From a virus (Duplodnaviria > Heunggongvirae > Uroviricota > Caudoviricetes), in IMG/VR virus record IMGVR_UViG_2531839195_000006: a stretch of DNA of 17,878 nt; one strand, written 5' to 3'. Positions 1 to 8,988 of the stretch are shown here, one piece after another (the stretch's first letter is position 1; each line of letters opens with the position of its first letter). The position numbers and the translations under genes are program-made. The notes under the pieces were generated by a model. That model was not told the DNA's origin and searched no databases. It saw only the letters and a program-made list of their open reading frames with translations.

Positions 1-68
1 TTTATTCCATAACTGCAGAGCATTTTTCTGATTGTTCCATCTGATTTCGGGGGGTATTCCGGGCAAGG

Positions 69-2993
69 TTGTTCAGTAAGGCATTCCTTCGTAAAATCAG
101 CATGTTTTTTGCACGACGGAAACCGGCAGCCATGAAAATCTGTCTTTATCATACTCTGAATCCTGACACGATCCCGGGTTATAAAAAATTTGCACAGGCT
201 ATTGCCACCGATAACTTTGTTCAGGCTGATGTTCGTAAAATTGACACCAATCTTTACCGCGCCCGGCTCAGTATCCGGGACCGATTACTGTTTTCGCTGT
301 ATCGCTACCACGGTGAAACTATCTGCCTTGTTCTGGAATATATTCGCAATCATGCCTATAACACTTCACGTTTTCTTCGCAGAAACGTGGTGATTGATGA
401 AGGGCGCTTACAACAACAACCAGTGCCGGATCCTGTTGATATCGCGACTGAAGCGCTGACGTATATCAATCCGTCTCATGGGCGTTTCCACCGCCTGGAT
501 AAAATGCTGTCCTTTGATGATGATCAGCAGGCACTGTACGAACACCCGCTACCGCTGGTGATTGTTGGCTCGGCGGGAAGTGGTAAGACGGCGCTGGTAC
601 TGGAAAAAATGAAGCAGGCTGCTGGTGATATACTGTATCTCAGCCTTTCCTCATTTCTGGTGGAAAAAGCGCGTACTCTCTATGACGCTTCAGGGGAAGG
701 GAGTGAGGTACAGAATATTGACTTTCTTTCGCTGACGGAATTTCTGGAAACTCTGCGCATTCCGGAAGGCAGGGAGGTGACTTTCAGTGCGTTCAGCGAC
801 TGGCTGCCCCGCAACAGGGCTATCGCCGCACTGGGGGCTGCCCATACCCTGTATGAGGAGTTCAGGGGCGTGATCGGTGCGGTTGCCTCCGGGAATGGGC
901 CGCTGTCCCGGGAGGCGTATCTGTCACTGGGGATACGGCAGTCGCTCTATGGCATGGAGGACCGCCCGACGGTCTATGTCCTGTTTGAACGTTATATCGC
1001 ATGGCTGAAACAGTCGCATCAGTATGACAGTAATCTGCTCAGTCATCAGTATCTTTCGTTGGCAACTCCCCGTTATGATGTCATTTTTGTTGATGAAGTT
1101 CAGGATATGACGCCTGTTCAACTGCAACTGGTACTGAAAACGCTACGTCATCCCGGTCAGTTTTTACTCTGTGGTGATGCCAATCAGATAGTTCATCCGA
1201 GCTTTTTCTCATGGAGTTCGCTCAAAAGTCTCTTTTTCCGGCAGCAACAGGGAAACGACACAACCGTTAATATCCTGCAGGCGAATTACCGTAACGGGCA
1301 CCACGTCACTGCACTGGCTAACCGGTTGCTGAGACTCAAACAGGTCCGCTTTAGTGCTATTGATCGGGAAAGTCACCATTTTGTCAGAAGCTGCGGTCAG
1401 GCAGAAGGGACCATCCGGTTGCTGGACGATAGGGAAGAGACAAAGCAGGAACTGAATGCCAAAACCTCACTTTCGAATCGTGTAGCGGTCATTGTGATGC
1501 ATCCGGAACAGAAAGCACAGGCGCGATGCTGGTTCAGTACGCCGCTGGTCTTTTCGGTTCAGGAGGTTAAGGGGCTGGAATACGAAACGGTGATCCTTTA
1601 CAATATAGTAAGCGCTGCCCGGCAGGCATTTGATGATATTTGCGAGGGTCTTACACCGGCTGATCTTGAGGGCGAGGCCCGTTATTCCCGTCCGCGGGAC
1701 AGGCAGGATCGTTCAGCGGAAATCTATAAATTTTTTACCAACGCGCTGTATGTTGCGCTCACCCGTGCTAAACACAATGTGTATCTTGTTGAACAGCAGG
1801 TGGAGCATCCTCTGTGGAGTCTGCTTGCGCTCACGCATCAGGAAGAGCCTCTGAATCTGCAGGAAGAGATTTCCAGCCGTGATGAGTGGCAGAAAACCGC
1901 ACATCTGCTTGAAAAACAGGGGAAGCAGGAGCAGGCGGACACCATCCGTAGCCGGATCCTGCAGACATCTGAGATGCCATGGCAGATTATCACCGCAGAG
2001 GATGCACGACAGTGGAAACAGCATATCCTCGCAGGTACAGCCGATAAAACCATACAACTGCAGGCGCTGGAGTACAGTCTGATTTATTCCCTGTTCCCGC
2101 TGTATAATGCACTGTACCGGGAAGATTTTAAGCCCACAAGGCAGCCCAGAACGAAGACTCTGCAGTTACTGGAGCTGAAGTATTTCCGGCCATACTCAAT
2201 GAATAACCCGGTTGCCGTGTTGCGGGATATTGAACGTTATGGTGTTGATCACCGTTCGCCGTTTAATCTTACTCCGCTGATGTCAGCAGCCCGGGCAGGT
2301 AATATTGCACTGGTTCAGTTACTGCTGGAGCGTGGTGCAGATCCCTTGCTGACCGGTAATGACGGGCTGGCGGCTTATCATCAAGTTCTGTCAGCGGCGG
2401 TCAGTACGCCCCGTTATGCGCAACAGAAAAGTGCGCAGTTGTATACCCTGCTGAAACCTGAAAGTCTGTCACTGCAGGTGGAAGGACGCCTCATCAAACT
2501 GGACAACCGGCAGATGGCAATGTTTCTGGTGATCCTGATGCAGGCGCTGTTCCACACGCATCTGGGAAGTGCTCTGTTTTTTTCGGAAGCCTTCAGTGCG
2601 GCACGACTGGCAGAGTGTGTGGTTCATCTTCCTGAAGCGTTGCTGCCGGAACGCCGCAAACGAAGGAGTTATATCAGCAGCCAGCTCTCTCAACATGAAG
2701 TTAACAGCAAAAATCCTTATGGAAAAAAGCTTTTTCTGAGGCTGAACCACGGACAGTATATTCTTAACCCGGGGCTTAAAATAAGGAAGGGTGATGTGTG
2801 GCGCGCGGTTTATGAGTTGCAGTCACCGGAAGATCTGGGGCATGATTTGCAGACTTATCTGCAGGATATGTCACCGGAATTAGTGGATATGCTGGGAGGG
2901 AAGAAGGGTTTTTACGAACGCAGTGAAAAGTCTGTCGGATACTGGGTGGGGGGATCCGTCGTGCCGCTCAAAAAGCGTGAGGTTCCGTGCTGA
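69..2993 (+). CDS. SF1 UvrD-like helicase / P-loop NTPase with C-terminal ankyrin repeats (974 aa as the maximal ORF)
   Basis: Walker A GSAGSGKT at aa 167-174 (nt 567-590), matching UvrD motif I. Motif [11 protein letters not shown] near aa 340. UvrD C-terminal motif [10 protein letters not shown] near aa 565. Ankyrin-type repeats ([41 protein letters not shown]) near aa 735-775. Start is uncertain: the ORF opens after a TGA at 42-44, and the candidates are TTG 69, ATG 102 and ATG 132, none with a strong RBS. Confidence 0.75.
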   Translation: MFSKAFLRKISMFFARRKPAAMKICLYHTLNPDTIPGYKKFAQAIATDNFVQADVRKIDTNLYRARLSIRDRLLFSLYRYHGETICLVLEYIRNHAYNTSRFLRRNVVIDEGRLQQQPVPDPVDIATEALTYINPSHGRFHRLDKMLSFDDDQQALYEHPLPLVIVGSAGSGKTALVLEKMKQAAGDILYLSLSSFLVEKARTLYDASGEGSEVQNIDFLSLTEFLETLRIPEGREVTFSAFSDWLPRNRAIAALGAAHTLYEEFRGVIGAVASGNGPLSREAYLSLGIRQSLYGMEDRPTVYVLFERYIAWLKQSHQYDSNLLSHQYLSLATPRYDVIFVDEVQDMTPVQLQLVLKTLRHPGQFLLCGDANQIVHPSFFSWSSLKSLFFRQQQGNDTTVNILQANYRNGHHVTALANRLLRLKQVRFSAIDRESHHFVRSCGQAEGTIRLLDDREETKQELNAKTSLSNRVAVIVMHPEQKAQARCWFSTPLVFSVQEVKGLEYETVILYNIVSAARQAFDDICEGLTPADLEGEARYSRPRDRQDRSAEIYKFFTNALYVALTRAKHNVYLVEQQVEHPLWSLLALTHQEEPLNLQEEISSRDEWQKTAHLLEKQGKQEQADTIRSRILQTSEMPWQIITAEDARQWKQHILAGTADKTIQLQALEYSLIYSLFPLYNALYREDFKPTRQPRTKTLQLLELKYFRPYSMNNPVAVLRDIERYGVDHRSPFNLTPLMSAARAGNIALVQLLLERGADPLLTGNDGLAAYHQVLSAAVSTPRYAQQKSAQLYTLLKPESLSLQVEGRLIKLDNRQMAMFLVILMQALFHTHLGSALFFSEAFSAARLAECVVHLPEALLPERRKRRSYISSQLSQHEVNSKNPYGKKLFLRLNHGQYILNPGLKIRKGDVWRAVYELQSPEDLGHDLQTYLQDMSPELVDMLGGKKGFYERSEKSVGYWVGGSVVPLKKREVPC

Positions 2994-3008
2994 CAGGATG
3001 TAACCGAA

Positions 3009-3337
3009 CTTCATCTGTACGTAAGTACGTGATGTCTCCCGCCCACTTCTGGTTCGGACCACTGGCGTAAAAATCCTGCTCCAGCAGATTTTCTGACACG
3101 GGCAGGCCATGTGCGCGGTAACTGACCGGGCTGAACTTCCGGGAGGCCTTTGCCCTCAGCCCCTGACGGCGCAGGCTTGCCGCCACGGTTTTTACGTTAA
3201 AGTGGTAACCCTGAGCACGCAGTTCATCCGTCAGGCGTGGTGCACCGCAACGCTGTTTTGACCGGGTAAAGAACGCTGTCGCAGTGCTGACGGAACTGCT
3301 GACGAGGGCTTATCCCTGTCCGCCGCTGACACCACGT
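3009..3337 (-). pseudogene. Internal fragment of an IS3-like (IS3 family) transposase orfB N-terminal region, with no IS ends
   Basis: Minus-strand translation gives [19 protein letters not shown] ... [75 protein letters not shown], which matches the IS3 InsF N-terminal region as I remember it. The frame is broken by an internal indel and stop codons, and no terminal inverted repeats are present. Boundaries are approximate. Confidence 0.55.
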
Positions 3338-3526
3338 TCAACAGTTTGTGGACTGTTCGCTCGCTTCCGGAAATCAGGGCTTTCATGGCCTTTGCCTGCA
3401 GGTATGTCGGAGCAGGAGCTTGATGCCCTTCTTTACGGAAGTGCCTCCACAGTACCTGTCGTACTTACTGAAAGCACCGTTATGCCCAAACTCCCGGTGG
3501 TAAAAAACGTCCCCGGCGGCCTTAAT

Positions 3527-3560
3527 GCCAGTCAGTTAAGCAACTGACTGGCTCTTTTTC
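3527..3560 (+). terminator. Candidate rho-independent terminator
   Basis: Perfect 11-bp stem GCCAGTCAGTT / AACTGACTGGC (3527-3537 and 3542-3552) around a 4-nt loop AAGC, followed by TCTTTTTC on the plus strand. Confidence 0.4.
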
Positions 3561-3614
3561 GGGGCTGTGGGGTATTTCCAGGGCCTCTCCTTTACCACTC
3601 TCGGGAAGGCCCTT

Positions 3615-3641
3615 TGAACCGCCCCGGGTTTCCTGGAGAGT
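3615..3641. repeat. IS629-like terminal inverted repeat (orfB-distal end)
   Basis: TGAACCGCCCCGGGTTTCCTGGAGAGT; its partner at 7160-7186 reads TGAACCGCCCCGGGAATCCTGGAGACT on the opposite strand. Confidence 0.8.
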
Positions 3642-3656
3642 GTTTTATCTGTGAAC

Positions 3657-4178
<522 letters not shown>

Positions 4179-4180
4179 CC

Positions 4181-4214
4181 GAACCGGACGTGCACCTTTC
4201 AGCGCATCCGGCTC
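4181..4214 (-). ncRNA. Group II intron domain V (catalytic hairpin)
   Basis: Minus strand GAGCCGGATGCGCTGAAAGGTGCACGTCCGGTTC: 34 nt with the AGC triad, a GAAA loop and the GGTTC closing motif. Confidence 0.85.
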
Positions 4215-4219
4215 TCCAT

Positions 4220-5743
4220 TTAAATGCTGGCGAACGCCATTGCCACTTCTGTAAAGCGCGATGTATACGTGTTTCTGGTCTCCGTCCTCAGATAGGGATT
4301 ACCTTCGGGTAGCCGCCAGCGGAACAGCTTCTTGCCTTGCCCCACCAACCGGTACAGTATTTCGCCGCTGAGCTTGCCGTGATTGGTTTTACCAAATAAA
4401 ACCCACGTTTTGCTCTGACCCGGTTTCGGTGATTTACACCACCACCTCATCAGGGAAGCGATACCTGTACGGTATTTGCGGGCCAGCCAGTGAGCCAGCT
4501 TCCAGAACACGACACGGTCGATATAACTGAAGACTTTGGCCTTAAAATCAACGAACTGATAGAACATGGCCCAGCCTTTCAGTTTTCGGTTGAGTTGTTC
4601 AGCCATATCGACTTTGCTTTCACTGTAGTTGCCTGATAACAGTGCTGTCAGCGATGCGGCGAAGTTTCTGGCTTTCTCCTGCGGGATCGTTGAGACCACT
4701 CGCATCTCGCCATAACGACTGCGTTTGCGAATGATCCTGTGCCCCAGAAAGATAAAGCCGTCATTAACATGGGTGATTTTAGTCTTATCCATGTTCAGCC
4801 TGAGTTTCAGACTGCCTTCGAGCACACCCCGACACTCCTCCCTGATGGCTTCCGCCTGTGCTTTGGTGCCTTTGACGATGAGGACAAAATCATCGGCATA
4901 GCGGCAGTACGCCACCGCGGGTTTCCACTGCCAGTTTTCTCTGACCGCCGTACTTCGGCCCCGTTGGATACTGTTATTCCAGTACCACCGATCTTTTCTG
5001 GCTTTCCCGCTCAGGTAGCGCTCATGCAGGTATTGATCGAACTCATTCAGCATGATGTTCGATAATAGCGGCGATATAACACCGCCCTGTGGCACACCTT
5101 CACTGGCCGCCCGAAAGAGACCGACATCGATATGTCCCGCCTTGATGGTTTTCCACAGCAGAGTCATGAAACGTGCGTCACTGATCCTGCGGCGTACAGC
5201 CTTCATCAGCAGTCGATGATGTACGGTGTCGAAGTAACTGGACAGGTCGCCTTCAATCACCCAGCGTCCCCGGGTTTCACCACAGTCTGTGAGCTGTAAT
5301 TTCACCGTGCGGATCGCGTGGTGGACACTGCGCTCAGGCCGGAAGCCATATGAGAGCGTATGAAAATCACTCTCCCATATCGGCTCCATCGCCATCAGCA
5401 TGGCCCGCTGAACAATACGATCCCGCAACGCGGGGATACCCAGTGGTCGCAGTTTGCCGTTGCTTTTAGGGATGTAAACCCGTCTGGCGGGCAAGGGCTG
5501 GTAGTGGCCTGAGAGTAATTCATCCCTGAGGATTTGCAGCTCAACAGCCAGTCTGGCCTGTAGCATTGTTTTGCTCACGCCATCAGCGCCGGGGGTATGG
5601 GCCCCCTTTGATGAAAGCGTGATCCGCGCCGCTTCAGCCAGCCATTCTGGTTGTGTTATCAGACGCAGCAGCCGTTGAATCCGTAGGGACGGATCGGTGG
5701 CTGCCCATGTGGCAAGCTTGCGTTGCATTTCGCTGATTATCAA
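4220..5743 (-). CDS. Group II intron-encoded reverse transcriptase/maturase (507 aa, no HNH endonuclease domain seen)
   Basis: RT motifs RRVYIPKSNGKLRPLGIPALRDRIVQRAM, SYGFRPERSVHHA and YCRYADDFVLIV, followed by a maturase (X) domain. The C-terminus has no cysteine/histidine HNH signature. Confidence 0.9.
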   Translation of the reverse strand: MIISEMQRKLATWAATDPSLRIQRLLRLITQPEWLAEAARITLSSKGAHTPGADGVSKTMLQARLAVELQILRDELLSGHYQPLPARRVYIPKSNGKLRPLGIPALRDRIVQRAMLMAMEPIWESDFHTLSYGFRPERSVHHAIRTVKLQLTDCGETRGRWVIEGDLSSYFDTVHHRLLMKAVRRRISDARFMTLLWKTIKAGHIDVGLFRAASEGVPQGGVISPLLSNIMLNEFDQYLHERYLSGKARKDRWYWNNSIQRGRSTAVRENWQWKPAVAYCRYADDFVLIVKGTKAQAEAIREECRGVLEGSLKLRLNMDKTKITHVNDGFIFLGHRIIRKRSRYGEMRVVSTIPQEKARNFAASLTALLSGNYSESKVDMAEQLNRKLKGWAMFYQFVDFKAKVFSYIDRVVFWKLAHWLARKYRTGIASLMRWWCKSPKPGQSKTWVLFGKTNHGKLSGEILYRLVGQGKKLFRWRLPEGNPYLRTETRNTYTSRFTEVAMAFASI

Positions 5744-6385
5744 AGGTCTTCACCTCGTTAGGTCAGTTAATTCACGTCGCAAACACATTCAAACTGCTTC
5801 CCTTCGCCATGTAATGGGCTTTCCCCATCGCGGACTACTACGGAAGCTCCGCCAGCCAGCGCGTCATCGGAGCCATGCCCCCTTAACATCCGTCGCTGAC
5901 CTTCCCCGGTTTACCTGCCTGGACTCAGGCATACTGAGGAGGCTGCCCGTCGCACTCTTTATCCTTGCTTGCCGCAAGTTGGCAGAAGTCAGCAACGCAA
6001 GTGTGATAGACGCTGCTGCCCCGGTGTTTCGCATACATGTCAAAACACCTTCGACCGGCAGTGCTTACGTATCACTGCCAGTTCCTCCTGCACGGCCTGT
6101 CAGATCACGTAGGCCGTGGTGACGTTTTCAACCCACAGAGGCGGATTAACGGGTTCATGTTCTTCAGCCTTTCAGTACTTAACCTTGAGGATCATCTCGG
6201 CTTAGTGATCTCGCCTCAATCCCCGTTGTCAGCGGGTTACATCACCCTGCGGGCATGCCGCAGGTCACTGCCGCTCAGGTTCTCCACCGTCACACCCGGT
6301 GGGATTGTTGGGTTTCTCATCGTGAGTTACCGGTTCAATATTCCAGACAGACTCGCGGTTCATTTAAGCATCCATGCCCGCCCCG

Positions 6386-6809
6386 CATGTGCTGACGTAA
6401 GTAAAGTCAGCCACCCACAGCTGGTCAGGTCGTTCTGCCACGAACTGACGGTTTACGCGGTCGCCTGCGGCAACGGCTTTCCGGCTGATGGTCGTACGGA
6501 CCTTTTTACCCCGGAGAACACCGGCAAGTCCCATAACCGCCATGAGACGTGCCACAGTGCATCTGGCCACTCTGATACATTCCCGTAACAACTGACGCCA
6601 GACTTTACACCGTATACCTTGTGATTTTCATCGTATACGCGCTGTATCTCTTTCTTCAGCCAGTCATCGCGCTGCGCACGGGCACTGCGTTTATCCGGAT
6701 GATGTCGCTGTTGCTGACAGTGGTAATACGTTGACGGGGCAATATGCAGTTCGCTGCATAGCGGTCCGCCCCCGTACTGCTCACGCAGCTTATCCAGCAG
6801 TGGCATCAT
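6386..6809 (-). pseudogene. IS629 orfB, 5' portion (exon 1), frameshifted
   Basis: [68 protein letters not shown] continues in another frame as ...LRECIRVARCTVARLMAVMGLAGVLRGKKVRTTISRKAVAAGDRVNRQFVAERPDQLWVADFTYVST. The frame change is near 6598-6612. Confidence 0.75.
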
Positions 6810-6814
6810 TTTTT
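6806..6814 (-). promoter_or_regulatory. Programmed -1 ribosomal frameshift window of IS629 (A6 run overlapping orfA stop and orfB ATG)
   Basis: Minus strand reads TGG AAA AAA TGA TGC; the orfA stop TGA (6808-6806) overlaps the orfB ATG (6809-6807). This is the usual IS3-family OrfAB fusion arrangement. Confidence 0.6.
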
Positions 6815-7132
6815 CCAGAGGCGGTCGAACTCCGCCTTCGCAAAATAAGCGGAAGCCTGGCGAAGGATATCGTTACTGCGGCGCAGTTCACGATTTTCAC
6901 GCTCCAGCTCTTTCAGACGCTGACGTTCAGCGGTGGTGAGCCCTCCATCACCGCCCCCGGTATCCCGCTCATGCTGGCGACCCCAGACACGCAGAGTCTC
7001 CGGCGTACAGCCAATCTTTGGGGCAATGGAACAAATTGTCGCCCATTGTGAGTCATATTCGCCCTGACTTTCCAGAACCATACGGACTGCCCGTTGACGG
7101 ACTTCGGGGGAAAAACGAGTATTTTTAGTCAT
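6806..7132 (-). CDS. IS629 OrfA (IS3-family transposase N-terminal DNA-binding protein, 108 aa)
   Basis: [50 protein letters not shown]...[39 protein letters not shown] at 7132 is preceded by GAGAAAGAGG. Ends ...TGG AAA AAA TGA. Confidence 0.85.
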   Translation of the reverse strand: MTKNTRFSPEVRQRAVRMVLESQGEYDSQWATICSIAPKIGCTPETLRVWGRQHERDTGGGDGGLTTAERQRLKELERENRELRRSNDILRQASAYFAKAEFDRLWKK

Positions 7133-7159
7133 CCTGTTTACCTCTTTCTCAGGAAGTTT

Positions 7160-7186
7160 AGTCTCCAGGATTCCCGGGGCGGTTCA
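7160..7186. repeat. IS629-like terminal inverted repeat (orfA-proximal end)
   Basis: Reverse complement is TGAACCGCCCCGGGAATCCTGGAGACT, about 50 bp upstream of the orfA ATG at 7132. Confidence 0.8.
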
Positions 7187-7257
7187 CGTTGGGTTTTTCT
7201 GCTCATTATTAGCTCCTTCTGATGCCATTCTATTTCAGGAAGGAGTGTCCGTTAAAC

Positions 7258-8988
7258 TCAGGCTACCTCAACTCTCTTTTCAATAGGGTCAAGGTTTTTC
7301 ATCCCGCCAAGATCTTCTGCCACCTGTTTGAGCATTGACCTTGTTGATGGCGCATCAATTTTTGCACCTGCAGGCATCGCCTTTTCAACATTGCGATAAA
7401 GCTGGTCGCTTCGTTTCATCAGCGCAGACATTCTTCCATTGACCGTATCAATAAACTTGTCGCTCATACCAAGAGCATCTTTTGCACCGGAAACGCGATC
7501 AATTATCTCACCCGCGCCCTGTGCTAGCTGCCTGATTGCTTCATTTTCCTGCACCTGTAGAGCAGAACCCGCACGGGACTTGATTGCTTGCTCAACTGCC
7601 TTGTATTGCTCGTTCCCGGAAAAGTGTGAAGGGAGTAATGAATCAACATTAAGCCTTTCAGCAGACTCCAGAACTTCAGCCTGAGGATTGATATCTAGTT
7701 CATCAAGCGATGAAGCGAGATTTGGCCTTTTTTGTGCTGCTACTGTGCGAACGACTTCCTCTGGGTTCTTCGTCGCAGGCGTCATTGGTACACCTTGTGC
7801 TACTCTTGCCTCTGCGGCATGAACCGCAGGATTTGTTGCTGCAGCGGCATCACCGGAGAATGGTGATGTTTCTGTTGGCGCAGTGGTCGCTCTCTGTGCA
7901 GATGTTTTATTGCCACTAATTATATTTGATGCACCACGAACACCACGGGTAACGCCATTTATCAGGCCATGCGTAGCAATGCTAAGTCCGGCATTAATAG
8001 CGGCATTTTCGGCAAAATCACCCCGTTGATTCGCCGCGTCAGCGAGAGAACCAATGACCATGTTTCCAGCTACACCTGCTCCAGGAACAAGATAACCGCC
8101 TATTGACTCTCCAGCTTGCGCGTAGGGGTCTGTCGGTCTGTCTACTGGACGATAAACATCATCCAATACTTTTGGCCCCCCAAGCCCCTGACTGATTGCA
8201 TTAATCAGACTTGCGCCACCCTGCAATACGTCAAATGGTATGTTTACCAGACCACGACCAGCCTGTTCTGCAATTTGCCCTGCACTTTGACCACCAGTGA
8301 GCCAATCGCCAGCTTGTTGCATCAATGATGGTTCTTCCCGTGTTGGTGCATTATTGGCCTGATTAACTGTTTGTTGCTGAACAGGTTTCGGTGCGACAGA
8401 ACTTACGGGTTGAGGTGGCTGCTGACTGGCTGCCTGCTGCTCAATCTGAGCAAATGGATTATTTGGGTCTGACTGCACACCTGATGCCGATACTTGTTCG
8501 GATGACTGTACTTCCAGTTGTGCAAACGGGTTGTTAGGGTCTTGCTGAGGATGTACCTTTGCAGAGGTGGCGCGCTGTTCGACTGTTGAGTCTGTCACCG
8601 GGTCACCAGCCCATTGAGCAAAGCGATCATCAACGTAACCGCGGCCTTCAGGTCCTGGCGTATATTCACCACGCTTTGCCTTCATAACGTTGCCGGGACC
8701 GTCGTGATAAGCCTGAAGAGAGTCACGCCAGTTACCAAACTGCTGGTACATCTTTGCCAGATAGCGCGCGCCAGCGTCAGCCTGATATTCGGGGTTTTGC
8801 ATTTGCTCATCGGTATAACCCATATCACGCCATGTCCCAGGCATGACCTGAGTCAATCCTACAGCCCCGGCGGAGCTTACTGCGGCAGGGTTGTAAGAAG
8901 ACTCCTTGGCACCCAGTGCAGTCATCAACCCTTCTGGCACACCGTAACGTGCGCCAGCCTGCTCTAACAAATCACGGTAATTAGCCAT
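7258..8988 (-). CDS. Prophage ejection/internal virion protein at the gp16 position, with N-terminal lytic transglycosylase (SLT) domain (576 aa)
   Basis: N-terminus [28 protein letters not shown]...AGARYL is an SLT signature. It is followed by a Q/P/A-rich linker with a tandem DPNNPFAQ(L/I)E repeat. The ATG directly follows the upstream stop. Confidence 0.75.
   Translation of the reverse strand: MANYRDLLEQAGARYGVPEGLMTALGAKESSYNPAAVSSAGAVGLTQVMPGTWRDMGYTDEQMQNPEYQADAGARYLAKMYQQFGNWRDSLQAYHDGPGNVMKAKRGEYTPGPEGRGYVDDRFAQWAGDPVTDSTVEQRATSAKVHPQQDPNNPFAQLEVQSSEQVSASGVQSDPNNPFAQIEQQAASQQPPQPVSSVAPKPVQQQTVNQANNAPTREEPSLMQQAGDWLTGGQSAGQIAEQAGRGLVNIPFDVLQGGASLINAISQGLGGPKVLDDVYRPVDRPTDPYAQAGESIGGYLVPGAGVAGNMVIGSLADAANQRGDFAENAAINAGLSIATHGLINGVTRGVRGASNIISGNKTSAQRATTAPTETSPFSGDAAAATNPAVHAAEARVAQGVPMTPATKNPEEVVRTVAAQKRPNLASSLDELDINPQAEVLESAERLNVDSLLPSHFSGNEQYKAVEQAIKSRAGSALQVQENEAIRQLAQGAGEIIDRVSGAKDALGMSDKFIDTVNGRMSALMKRSDQLYRNVEKAMPAGAKIDAPSTRSMLKQVAEDLGGMKNLDPIEKRVEVA

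Noticed and set aside
190-2750. Short ORFs from the six-frame track inside the helicase gene (190-393, 924-1127, 1630-1854, 1713-2057, 1838-2053, 1879-2082, 2469-2750)
   Set aside because: All lie within the long helicase ORF, in other frames or antisense, with no motifs or RBS; they look like chance ORFs.
69-2993. Assigning a gene symbol (arpA crossed my mind) to the helicase-ankyrin gene
   Set aside because: I cannot recall the reference sequence well enough to confirm identity, and the genomic context here is mobile DNA, so no symbol is given.
5697-6588. Plus-strand ORFs 5697-6122 and 6037-6588
   Set aside because: They lie antisense to the 5' structured region (domains I-III) of the group II intron and to IS629 orfB exon 1; low-complexity translations with no homology signal.
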